A stretch of 63,059 nucleotides of DNA from Psammoneis japonica. Its lineage: Eukaryota. The stretch is taken from the NCBI GenBank assembly GCA_008632985.1, contig QPGO01000120.1, positions 186,001 to 249,059 of the forward strand. The letters are read 5' to 3'. Each line of letters begins with the position of its first letter. The stretch's first letter is position 1. Under the pieces are notes generated by a model. The model was not told where the DNA came from, searched no databases, and saw only the letters and a program-made list of their open reading frames with translations. Below are positions 11,843 through 23,333 of this stretch, piece after piece. The position numbers and the translations under genes were made by a program.

Positions 11843-13814
11843 CTAACCTTCCAGCCGATAGATCCGAACGTATCCGGTGGCATTGTCGTTAGCGTTTGCA
11901 CCCACCGCCAGGGTAGAACCATCGAAGGAAAGTGAAACTGTGTATCCAAACTGATCGCCTACGGCACCTTGAATGGTTTGTGCAACCTGAACCCAACGCA
12001 GCCCGTCGAAATGGTGGACCTGTACATAGCCAGAAGAACCGCCGTTATCTTCATTCAGTGGTGCCCCAGCTGCCACGGTGCTTCCGTCGCCAGCCAATGA
12101 TACAGAGAATCCAAATTGATCAAAACTTGACGTACCGCCAATGTCCTCGCCGAGTTGACGCCATGTTGAATCTTCAAGCTGAAAGACTTGGATTCTCCCA
12201 GCTTCTGTGACAGTTCCATTCACATTGTACTGAGGAGACCCCACGGCCAGGATTTTCCCGCTGCTTGACAAACTTACGGCGTACCCAGTACGATCTATTG
12301 GACCGTCGCCAACAATGGTCTGACCAAACTGTGACCAGTCAGTCCCGTTGAATCGATGGACGCGAACGTTTCCGGACTCGTCCCCGGTTCCGTCATGAGC
12401 AGGCGCACCTACTGCGAGCACATTTCCGTCCGCCGACAGGCTCGTCGACCACCCATAGTTGTCACTTGCTGCTTGGCCATCAATGCTAGTGCCAAGCTGT
12501 GCCCAGTCTGCTGTTGCGAATGGCTGCCGAAAAACGCGCGCCTCACCCGAGACCGACGAGCTTTCACCAAAAGCTAGAGTTGCACCAATAGCGACGACAT
12601 CACCAACACCCGACAGCGCGACCGAAATTCCTGTCAAATCCTCTAAATTCTCTCCGAGAATGTCCTGACCAGACTGCTGCCACTCGAACCTTCAAACATA
12701 AAAACCCTAACGCTACCTGAATCCTTGGCCTTGTCATCATTGTATGGTGCACCGGCAGCCAAAATGAGTCCTGTGCTGGACAAGGCAACTGAGAAACCGA
12801 ACAAATCGTTCTGTGCCGCCCCCCGGATTGATTTGCCAAAGTTATTCCAACTTGTGCCGTTGAATCTAAAAGCCCGTACCTGTCCAGTGTCATTGGCAGC
12901 GCCCGTCTCGCCCAAAGCAATAACACTTCCATCATCTGTCATGGCGAGGGCTCCTCCTGTGAAATGTGCTGGTCCTTCTCCTCGGAGCGTTTGTCCAATT
13001 TGGACCCATTCGACCATGGTTTCGTCGTTGTCGCCACGGCGAGAGGGTAGCACTACTCCCAAGGTTATCGCCACAGCGGTGAATACACGACTGTGACTGT
13101 CAAACCATACCGAAACCAGAGCCTTTTATAAATGGGCTTAATCTGTGTTGCCACCACGGCCGGATCCACTAGCTCTGCTTCCACGAGGCGCTCGTCTGGC
13201 GGCGTAACTACCGCTTGTTCTTGGCCAGTGGAAACGGCCATCTCTTCGTCTTCACTGTCAACTGAATCGGAACGGAGGTTTCCTCCAGAGTGAAAGGCTC
13301 CAGGTAAGAGTCGCGGGATAGCTGAGTTGTCTTCTTCCTCGTCGGTCGGCGCTGGTGAGGTAGAGTCGAACACTTCCGTGCCGACGCCAACCGACGTGTC
13401 AGCAGCCATATCTCGGGCTCCAGCCGATTGATGGTCGCTACCTTCCATTTTCCTCCATTTGCGTAGTCTCTTTGATGCGCTTTCATCGCTACTGTTACGG
13501 CTGCTCCTTCGGTGCCTGGAGAATAGGCCCCTTTTCATGCTTCGAGCATCCCTCCGCTTTTTTCGATCCTTTCGCAGGTTAGCAAGGTCTTGCGGTATGT
13601 CATGGTTCTCGCTTATATCCGAGGCGCTTCTTTCGGGACAGTTTCGTTGCCGCCATCCATCCCTTTCCGTTGCTCTTCTTTCTTGGACTGGTCTTCCATT
13701 ATCTGCTCGTGTACATATATCTTTTGTTTTGGTCGCTTTACTTGGGCAAGGTAGAGAAGGACAAACTGGTTGAAGCTTCTGGAGCTTATGTTTAATTGAA
13801 ATATGCGGAAACAC
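11843..13814 (-). CDS. Membrane-anchored FG-GAP-like beta-propeller repeat protein; frameshifts near 13085 and 12685; start uncertain
   Basis: Repeats FGFSVALSSTG.ILAAGAPYND..SGSVRVF. TM segment followed by AITLGVV. N-terminal PGAF and VEAELV motifs typical of this diatom family. Confidence 0.8.
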
Positions 13815-14549
13815 CGTCTCTCTGAACTCCTTTACAACTCTCCACGACTGCCATGACGCGGATGTTGATTGGTTATGTTGTCAATGTTAGAAGCCGTCGG
13901 CCGTCGGAGGGAAGTTTTGTGACAAGAGGACGTCGCGCGTCACCGGCGCTTGCACTTCGTTTCCTTCGTCAGATTCGATTGTGCTCTCGTAAAAGAACTC
14001 AAACCAGAAATGAGAGGAATTCATTTACATTCATTTGTGTTGCAGTCTACGACGGAGGACGGTCCTCCGGGTGAATCGTCCCGGGCAGCGCTTCACAACT
14101 TCTTGTCTACGTTTACGATGCAATCATCATCCATCATGACCTGACAGCAGGATCCCTTGCGATCGCTTGCAGCCAGCAGTCTGTTTCGATTGGCACACAT
14201 TTTGATGCAGTGTCACCGATGGCCCACTGAGCCCCTGAGACAGAGAAAAGAACTCCACCTGTCACCACCACAATGCTCCGTTGCCACACTGCCTGCCATC
14301 ATTTGCGAACTGCCATCACTGGTTCAGTCGCTCTTTGGATGACGTGCCTTGGATCAGACACTCTCCTGGTCTGACCATGGCCCCCAACATCACACTCCAA
14401 CCTTCCCTGCCCAGAAACCACAAAGCCCAAGGTCATTGTGCAACTGTCTGCTTCATCCGATGCATCATTGCTGTCAAATCCTCCATCGTTGCAGAAAAAT
14501 GGCTTTGTTGCCTGTCACTCTGGATCATTTTGTTGCAAGGGAAAAGATC

Positions 14550-15200
14550 TGTCAATGAATGCGTGGCGCATCAATGATCATTTTCACATCAGACATGAAT
14601 CCAGCCATGCCCTTTGCTCTCTGGCATTTGCCTTCTTTGATGTGCTTGCCACAGCTTTGACAAGTCTGGCAAGCCTTGCACACAAAAGCAAGAGCAACAA
14701 CCCACTTCTTTTTCTCATTGGCAACAATCTCGCTGCACAGAGGGGGGGGCAGCAAGCAGGGAACAGGAGCAGGCAGGCCCAGATGTCAAGGTGTCATTGC
14801 CAAAAATCTTGCTTTCCAGCGTTGAAGCTTGCGGGCACGCTTCGTGCATCTTCCTGCTGCACATCCCATGTCGCTCCAGAGTGACACCTCAGAAAGAGGG
14901 CAAGCATCAACTCTCTGCTGTTGAGCAGCAATGCAGCATTTGGTCAAATGTCTTTTGTGAACCACAACTGGCCAAACCAGACTCTTTGCAGCATGAGAAT
15001 CCATGCCACCTGGCACCGCACCAAAGGAGTCACTGTCCTCTCAACAATCAATCCTGCACTCACAAGAGCCAAGCACAGCATTTGCAGCACACAGCTGCTG
15101 TTGAGTCTCAAGCTCCAACAGTTTGGTCCAGCATGGCTGGATGATTCCATGCAAACAGACAGACACACATGACTTGTTGGATTGCTGAACAGACAATCCT
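14550..15200 (-). pseudogene. Possible protein kinase relic, heavily mutated
   Basis: Weak resemblance only: LWFTKDI*PNAALLLN (cf. HRDIKPENLLL) and DIWA. TpA-depleted. Confidence 0.25.
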
Positions 15201-15399
15201 TGGCTCTCCCTCTCATGCATGCAGATTCTGTCCAACCAAGAGTCAATGAAAGGATCAAGCCATTGCTCTCACAGTTTGGGACAAGTTCAAAGCCTGATTG
15301 CAGCACTTTTCCAGTCTTGGGCCTCAGCCACAATGTGCAACAAACAAACAAAGAAGTGAACCTGACACTTCATCAACCCTGCAACAAACAAACTTTGCC

Positions 15400-16395
15400 A
15401 ACCCCACACTTTCTTCCATGGTTGGCAACAAGAAACAGCTCTCTGATTGAAGGCTTGGTGAGGCAGTCTGCCAGCTGATCCACCTTGATCATCACAATGA
15501 ACTCATGACTGTGTGACCAGAACTGGTGCAGCTGCTTCACCAGCAGAAAACATTTGGTTTGTTCAGTCATGCAACGGTCAGTTGTCACAAGCTGGAAGGG
15601 ACCCCAGCCGTCCTTGAATTTTCCACAAAACACAGAGCAGGATTCAATGTTGCAACAAGCATCAAGAGTCAACACAATCTCTTGGAACATCCTCTTCAAA
15701 GGCAAGAAGCAGGTCCTGAAGGCAAAGGAGGCAGCTTGGTGCTCAGTGTCAAGAGTGGAACATGCAAGAGCAGTTTGGAGTTGGGATTTCCAGACAAAAG
15801 AGCAGGTGTTCAGGGCTGCAAGGTGACTGTTGTGAGAACAAACCAAGCTCAGATCAGAGCCTGGCTCCTGACAGAAGAGACCAGCAATGCTGGTGTCAAC
15901 CCACAAGTCAAGATTAAAGTGCCCATTGAAGACAAGTGCATTCCTCACATGGTTGTGCACAGCTTTTCTTGAGATGCTGCCAGACTGAAGTTTTTGCAGC
16001 AGCAGTGCAAGACTTGGGAGGCAAATTGAAGTGTAGAACTTGGCTCACAGCCAAAGAAATGTCAGGGCAAGTGTTGGCAGACAGATTCAGAAGCATGTCA
16101 ATGACAGAGGGGGGGGTGGGGGTGGCTCCAAGCTTCACCCATCAGCTCACCATGAGGGTCACTGCCAAGAGTGGGAGTTGCCACCACTGGCAGAATGTTG
16201 GGCTTCTTGCCGCTCTGCATCATGCTGGTGGAGCACCTAAAATCATTTGTCAGTCAACCCAGATGATTGGGACAATCTGACAGTTGCGCCATCCTGTTTT
16301 TCAAACTTGATCCCAAGGAACTCAGCAAAGCTGCCTTCCTTGGTCAGATTGTTCCCTTCCTTGCTCTGTGGTCCCTCAACAACCATCTGGTCAAC
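15400..16395 (-). mobile_element. Ty1/copia LTR retrotransposon fragment (RT C-terminus and RNase H)
   Basis: EGSFAEFLGIKFEK, MLLNLSANTCPDISLAVSQV (cf. TRPDIAFAV), WKSQLQTALACSTLDTEHQA (cf. IALST.EAEY.A) and DQLADCLTKP. Confidence 0.85.
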
Positions 16396-16399
16396 AGCA

Positions 16400-17178
16400 G
16401 TTAAATTTGTTGTGAGCTTCTTGAAGCACTGCTGACACATTTTGTTCAAAAGTGATTCAACGTGATCTGCAAACAAACTTGATTCAAGCAGTCAAGTCAA
16501 AGGATCCAATCTCACATTCTGGTGGAAGGCGTGACTGCACCAAGCATTTTTTTGGGGGGGGGGGGGGTCTTTCAGCTGTTTCGTGGTGGTCATTTTCTTT
16601 TGCAATGACAAAGCATCTCTGGCCGCTGCCGCAGTGGGGAGAAAGTGCCCAGTCCAGATGGAACACTCTGGATCACAGCTTGATCTTTTGCCCTGATCAC
16701 CTTTTGCTGCTGGTGCAGAAAGAGGAAGCCTGGCATTGTGTGAAACAGCTGCACCTGGGCACAATTTCCATGTGGTGTGCACTGGTGCCAAGCAAATGTT
16801 GTCAGCTGCAACATGCAGAGGCAACCTGGCCTGCCCTCTTCATCCATCAGCTGAGCAAGCTGAGGAGCAAATTGAAGCATTTTTTACAGTGTTGCGTGCA
16901 AGCAACCAACTTGGACAGAAAGCCCTGCACCACCATCATCCAGCTCATGAAACAGACCATTCTTGTCCAAGGAGACAAACTCCTGGAGCATCTCTGCAAA
17001 GCTTTCTTTTGGAAAACATGGAGGGCAAACCAAGAATGCACGAAGCAGCCAAATCCTGTCCTTGCTGATGCTTCGAGCAAATCTGTTTGTGCAAAGATGA
17101 CAGCACATTGGTTTTTTGAGCTCTTTCTGAAAACCCTCATCCTGAGTGACACCCACATTTTCTGAGGCTCCTGTCTCC
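16400..17178 (-). repeat. TpA-depleted copy of the ankyrin-like fragment
   Basis: Homologous to 8715-9285, with TA>TG/CA and CG>TG/CA changes (e.g. TGTAGAGGTA vs TGCAGAGGCA). Confidence 0.8.
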
Positions 17179-17345
17179 GACGTGTTCCAGCCGCACGTGA
17201 CCCAAATTGTGCACAAAAACAAAATTTTTGCGCGGTCTCTGACTTGTGAACGGTTTTTCACCACCAAAAGCACAGATTTGTTCAAATTCAAATGTTTTGC
17301 AACACCAACAAGACTCGTGTGAGTGTTGCAATGTCACTGTCATTG
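17179..17345 (+). mobile_element. Truncated GAC-terminus MITE, same subfamily as 26062-26349
   Basis: Starts GACGTGTTCCAG and shares TTTCACCACCAAAAGCA...CAACACCAACAAGACTCGTGTGAGTGTTGCAATGTC. No closing TIR found. Confidence 0.7.
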
Positions 17346-17949
17346 TGCCATCTGTGTTTTTCATTGCGACAAATGAATCGTAACACAATGGATGATTTTC
17401 GGTGAAATCATTGCCATCATTTGGATGCCTCCACAATGGTGTTTCCTTGTCTGACACACTTTTCAACAACAAGTCTGATCACTTCACCAGAAGTTTGTGG
17501 GACGACTCTGTCTCTCTCTCTGCACTGGACAAGAATGTGCAAAACCACATTTTGTTCTCTGCAGAGGATGAGCCATCCAAGATGCTTCCAAGGAAAAGTT
17601 TTTGCTGTCCATTGAAAGTGAGAACATGACAAGCTCAACTGAACCACCACTTTTGTCTCAATGTGTCATCAGGGGGGCATTTCACAGTCACTGATTTGCA
17701 CCAGGTTGAACAAACATTGAAGAGCATCTTGATTCACCATTGGGGTGCTCAGAGGCAGGATGTCAACAAGAGCTTTGACAACATTGACAGGAGGGTGGAG
17801 AGCTTGCAAAACAAAACACGGCACATGGGACAAAATCCATTCCCCCCTCCAGAGTTAAATGCAAAGCATGCTCCCCAGATTTTTGACAAGGAGGCCAGCC
17901 TTGCAGTTTTGGCATCAATGATTTGGGTCACCAGATTTCAGCTGTGTTC

Positions 17950-18800
17950 ATCCTGCCTTGAAGAGAGCTGCTCTCACAGTCTCCTGGGCTGCCCCCCTTG
18001 AGTCACGACAAAACCCAGCACATGTTGCCATCAATGACTGCAATGCTCTCACATTGCAGACTGTGGCCACAATGGCGCCAGCTGTGTGCTGACCAATGCC
18101 TGGCAATTTCTCCAATTTGGTGACAGTGGAGGGGATTTCACCACTGAGTTTGTTGAAGACATGCTTTGCCACCTCATGGAGGGGAGCCATGCACTCAGCG
18201 ACAAAAGCCCAGTCCACTCCAGTGTGTGCTGGCCTCCTTGGCACTGGCATTGGTGAGATCCTGGACAGTGGGGAATCTGTTCATCCACTTGCACCAGCAC
18301 AGAATCATGGCCTCCACTTGAGTCTGTTGCAGCATGATGATTTCACTTGCCCAAATGCCTCGGGCTGTGTCCACGGGGCTGTGTTGTTTTCTCGGCTCCG
18401 CGATGTCTCCTTTGTTGTTGTCTTCCTGCAATTGTGTTTCCTCTTTCTTTGTTTTTTTTGTGCAAAGCACTTGCTCATTGTTGTTTGCTTTGGTTTCTTC
18501 TTCTGTTGCCTCTCAGCATGGACGACCACAAAGTTGGCCACACACTTCCCTGCCAGGGAGGAGTGTCGCCGCCCCATGCCACGGCAGTTTGCACCAGCTT
18601 GCTTGATGCCATTGCAGTGGTTTCAACCAGATCTGCATTGCTTCTTGGCTGGAGAACCTGTGAAAATTCAAGCTGTTGTGCTTCGCCCATGATTCCAGAA
18701 AAGGCAGAGTTTTTCCTCCTCTGTCTCTCGGCATGGCTGCCAGTGTCTGCTGTCTGCTGCTGCAGAAGAAATTTTCATTGCCGCTCTGGGCATCATTTTC
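17950..18800 (-). pseudogene. MUTYH: MutY A/G-specific adenine glycosylase pseudogene fragment
   Basis: LQWHQASWCKLPWHG (cf. WY..NRRKLPWR), GIWASEIIMLQQTQV, RFPTVQDL, WSGLGFCR (cf. WAGLGYY.R) and HhH LPGIGQHTAGAI (cf. GIGPYTAGAI). Confidence 0.85.
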
Positions 18801-19106
18801 AAAGTGGATGAATGCCGGTAGCCAACAATGAATCCAACAGAGTGGTTGCCTTTGCTGGAGTCCTGCCTCAAGCAAAGGAGGGAAAGCCGTCTGTGAGGAG
18901 CACAACAGGTGTGCGCAGCGCACGCGACAACGGTCGACGCATGGACTCACGATGGAGAGTGGCGCGCGCCTCGCCGCGTGTGAGAGTGAAGTCAACGATG
19001 CGATATCGATCGACCGCGCATCTTTTTCCATTTTGCGACCCAGTCGTGTTGTCAAGAAGCACGGTGATTTGTGATCGAGATCCCCCAAGCCCATCTAAGC
19101 ACCAAC

Positions 19107-21690
19107 ATGGACTCGAAGATGGCGCCTGAAACCCATCCCAACTACCGCCCTCCGGTTGACATGCCCATCATTGCCCTCGGCTCTCCCAAGCCAGCGAGGA
19201 AGAATGAAATCTCCTGTGGTGGGTTTGTAGCGTCGGATCTCCTTTCGGCCTCCGAGTGCGCCCAGCTCATTGCTGCTGCGGAGAAACATAACCCAACCAA
19301 GGTGGACTGGGAATACTCACCGGACTATCGAGACTGCAATCGTGTCGTTTTGCGTTCCTCACTACTCGCGGAAGCTCTCTACAAGCGCCTGCTTCCCTTG
19401 CTGACAACTGACGAATGCGAGAGCGTCCGTCCTTTTGGTTTTGATGGAATTGGAAGTTGGCGTCCACGCAAGCTCAATCAAGTCGTTCGGGTCTCGCGGT
19501 ACGATGTGGGCGGACACTTTCAACCCCATCGAGATGGAGCCTTTGTTGAGAACGACGACTTGCGGTCAGTATACACTGTCCTAGTGTATCTCAATCAAGC
19601 CCCGGCCTTTGGCGGCGGAAATACAGCGATTCATCTTGATTCTGAGACAAAAATTATCGAGCCCGTGACTGGAAGCGCCCTCATCATGACGCACGATACG
19701 TTGCATTCGGGAGAGGCCGTCACGTCTGGACACAAGTACATTGCTCGTTTTGACCTCATGTTTCACCGTCTTGGTGGAGGAATGACAGAGGCAGAACTTG
19801 CTCAACTACCGGACCGGCAGTTAGCCGAGCGACTGTATGCATCAAGCATCACCAAGCAGCGCAATGGTGACCCAAAAGGATCTACAGAGGACTACGTCCA
19901 GGCGCTGAAAATTCAAGCCAAACTACCAAGCTCGAGTCCTGCACCTCTTTATCCCGAGAATACGATACTTGACAATCTTGGTAAAGACAATTTTTTGCTT
20001 TGTCTTCGCTTCCTTTGTTTACAAGATATCGCCAATGCATCAGCCGTGTGTCGGTCGTGGCACGCGGCATGTTCCAGTGGCATATTGTGGCGAGAACTCT
20101 TTGTGTTTCGTTGGGCAGCGCTGAGTTGTGCCGAGTCTTCGGTCGCTGATGAGACACCACTTGCGGTTTCATTGCCACTGAACCGTTCTGATGGACGGGA
20201 TGTCCCGGTTCATCGCGTCTACGCTACTGTACTCGAGCAAAAGCCAGAACTCTGGCCAAGGAATGATAGCCAAGCATTTTTGAAAGAACAGCTGTACGGG
20301 AACCGAGTCCCGAATGGATACATGTTCAGCTCATTGCCCTTGTCAAAATTTACGCTTGTTGATCGATGTCGATATGGTTGGAAAATGTTTCATGTCGCTG
20401 TTCGGGACGGCGCAATCCACTTTATGGAATACAATCCTAATGTCGAGAGAGCTTGGATGAGTCGATATGATGCGTCGAGCGACATTGATCTTGATGTTCC
20501 ACCTCCAATCAGGCTCGATGCCGATGCTGACATTTCGTTTGCTATTAGACACTTGAACGCAAAAAATGTGGATGCGTGTATTGTAAAACTGCCAGGAACT
20601 GAGCAGAATCTTGCATTGTGTAGTGATGACCCACGGATCAAGAATCGTTATTGGCACTATTCTTTTGCGGGTGTTCTCCAAGATATTGGTCGCGTGTTGG
20701 TGGCGCATCAGACCGAAAGAGCCTTGAGGTTTGGTGATCCAGTCATTCGTTGTGACGCTAAGACCAAGCAATGGAAGACGGCTTATATGCGTCGTCACAC
20801 CGCGGAAAGATTCTTTGATACGGTTTCAATTGACATCGGATCGAAATTTACAAAGTTTGCATCTCAAGCAACGACTAACGACTCACTCACTCCAAGAGGA
20901 ACCGACAGTGGTAGCTTTCCGAGCTTAGTCTGTCGACACCGAGGGCACCTATGGTCAGCAGGACACGGTTTGGAAAATCACAAGGTTGGTGAATCATGCC
21001 TGGACCGCACTGATGATGCTACACGCCCATTCAACGACATTGGAATCCCAGACTGCCACACCATGGGCATTATCTGTGCACATGTGGTTGAAAGATCTCC
21101 CGCTGTGCGGCCCAATCGACAAAGATTTTGTATCCGAGAAACATGTGCAGAGCATCCAATCAACATGGTCGAGCCTGCTCTTGGCCTCACGGAGGAGGTA
21201 CGCCAGCAGTTGACACTTAAGCTAGCCTCCTGGAACGTTCCTTTTGTCGGCTTTGTCAATGGTGCAGTGGCGGCACTCTCTTACGGCGACAAACCTAAAA
21301 AGAATGGAATTGTAGCAATGTTGGGCGGTGCTAACAGCGCAGTTGTGCGGGTTACAGATGGAGTGGCGGATGTTGCAAACGGGGTGCAGCTGCATGTTGA
21401 CGGTGATACTGATCCTCGTTTTGTAGCGAAAGAGGTGCTTTCAGCCACAGCTTAAGTTCAGAAATCGTCAATAAGGTCTTTACCTGTTTTGTTGACCGGG
21501 GGTGGCGCCACAGATCCATTGTTGCCTCGATCAAATGTCACATTCCAGGAGCATATGTGGCAAGTCCTGAATGTGAAAGGCACCTTGATGCGGTTCAAGG
21601 TGCACACATCCTGGCAAATTTGTCGGATGGGCGGAAGCACTTCAGGTGCGTGTTGAACTTGATGTGGGGGGCTCAAGTTGGAACCAACTA
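19107..21690 (+). CDS. 2OG-Fe(II) prolyl-hydroxylase-like / F-box / actin-like fusion protein (open to 21455, actin-like tail continues through frameshifts)
   Basis: RYDVGGHFQPHRDG..YTVLVYLN..GGNT..HSGEAVTSGHKYIARFDL. F-box FLCLQDIANASAVCRSWHAACSSGILWRELF. Actin-like SIDIGSKFTKF, MVEP, VLLTGGG and DAVQGAHILANL. Confidence 0.7.
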
Positions 21691-22113
21691 ATAAGTTGCA
21701 CAACACATGCATGCAGTTCATCATTTTCATGCCTAAATTCACCAACGGCAGGGCACGTATGCCGCTTTTTCCGTTTAAGCCTTAATGTAGAATTGTTTCT
21801 CGAAGCACATCAATCATGTGGGTTCTCTCTGTCCTTTTGGGGTGAAAGAACTTTGCAATTCCATGGCATTGAAGCGTGATGAATTACCCTCAAAAATCTC
21901 CGAGATGTGGAGGTTGGCTCAAGCGACTGATGAGATGAGGACTTGCTTGCTTAAGGTTGGGGACATGTGGTCTTCTCTCCAACATTCTCGAACAATGTGT
22001 CACAACACAAGATGTTGTCATTGTGGTGCAACCCAATCCACATGTGCGCCAATGCAAGATTTTACAAAGCTTGCCACCCTTTTAGAACTTCACTGCTACA
22101 TCTTTGCCACCTT

Positions 22114-23083
22114 TGTGGAGGAGTCCTTGCTCCGGTTATCTTGTGGTGCAGAGACCATGAACAGAACAAAGCATCTCTGGCCACTGCTGCAACAGGAAGC
22201 AAGCCGCAGATGTTTTGCCCTGACCACCTTTTGCCAATGGTGCAAAATGCCAAAGCCTGGCAGCATTGTGCAAAAACAGCTGTTGTGTCTGGGTGCAATT
22301 GCCAAATGGTGTGCACCAGTGCCAAGAAAATTGTCACCGGCTGTGATGTGCAGATGCAACTTGTGCCACCCTCTTCATTCTTCATCCATTGGCTGCACAA
22401 GCTGAGGAGCAACTTGAAGCACATTTTTGACAGCATCTTGTGCAAGCAAGCAACTTGGACAGAAAACCATGCACCACAAGCTGCCAGAAAGCTTGTGAAT
22501 TGTGCATGTGCTTTGTTTGGAAATCTCTCAAGCAAAGCCATTTTTGCCCATGGAGACAAAATCCTGAAGCATCTCCACAAGCTTTCTTCAGAAAACCTGC
22601 ACCCAAGGCTCCTGTCTCCATCAGGCTTTTTTTCCAATGCACCCACAATGGCACATTGTTGCATGACTTGATCTTCAACAATGAGTCTGGTTGCTTTGCC
22701 TTGACCAAAAGATGCACAAAATCTTGGAAAAGATGTTGAAGGACAGCTCTCTCTCTCTCTCTCTCTTAATTGAATGAACAGAAAATTGGTGCAGCCAATT
22801 CTCTGTCAAATGTGACAAACAAGAAGATGCAAGCAGCCAATGTGGAGTGCTTGACAGGATTTTTGTCCAACTGTTTCAGTTGACAGCAGGCACAACAACA
22901 TCAGCTGAAGTCAGGAGAATGAAACTTTCATGGTGACTTCATCAGCGGCTGGCTGCTGTTGTTCATGTGGTTGAGGTTGTTGCACCAAAATGATCTGGGG
23001 GGCTGGGGGGGGGGGGGGGTGAGGGGCAGACTGAGGGCACGATTGCAATTTGAGTGGCTTGAATCATGCACTGCTTTCCACAT
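22114..23083 (+). repeat. Left copy of a ~1-kb direct repeat flanking the Penelope-like element (ankyrin-like fragment, (CT)n, hammerhead unit)
   Basis: Near-identical to 27837-28863, starting TGTGGAGGAGTCCT. Confidence 0.9.
22903..22950 (-). ncRNA. Type I hammerhead ribozyme-like motif (variant)
   Basis: Minus strand AGCCG-CUGAUGA-A-GU-CACC-AU-GAAA-GUU..GAC-UU-CAGCU. Confidence 0.55.
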
Positions 23084-23285
23084 GATCTCTCTCTTTCTCT
23101 CTCTCTCTTTCTCTGTGTTTTGGTCTCTCTTTCCATCTCTCTCTCTCTCTCGAATGAACGATCAAAATTGGCGAAGCCAATTTTCCGTCAAATGAGACAA
23201 ACAATGGCAATGCAAGCAGCCAAGGCAGAGCCACTTAATCGGATGTTTGTCCAACTGTTTCAGCAATGGCAGGCACAACAACGTT

Positions 23286-23333
23286 GGCCAAAGTCAGGAG
23301 AATGAGACTTTCGCGGTGGCTTCATCAGTGGCC
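23286..23333 (-). ncRNA. Type I hammerhead ribozyme in the PLE terminal repeat
   Basis: Minus strand GGCCA-CUGAUGA-A-GC-CACC-GC-GAAA-GUC-UCAUUCUCCU-GAC-UU-UGGCC. Stems I, II and III all pair. Confidence 0.7.
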
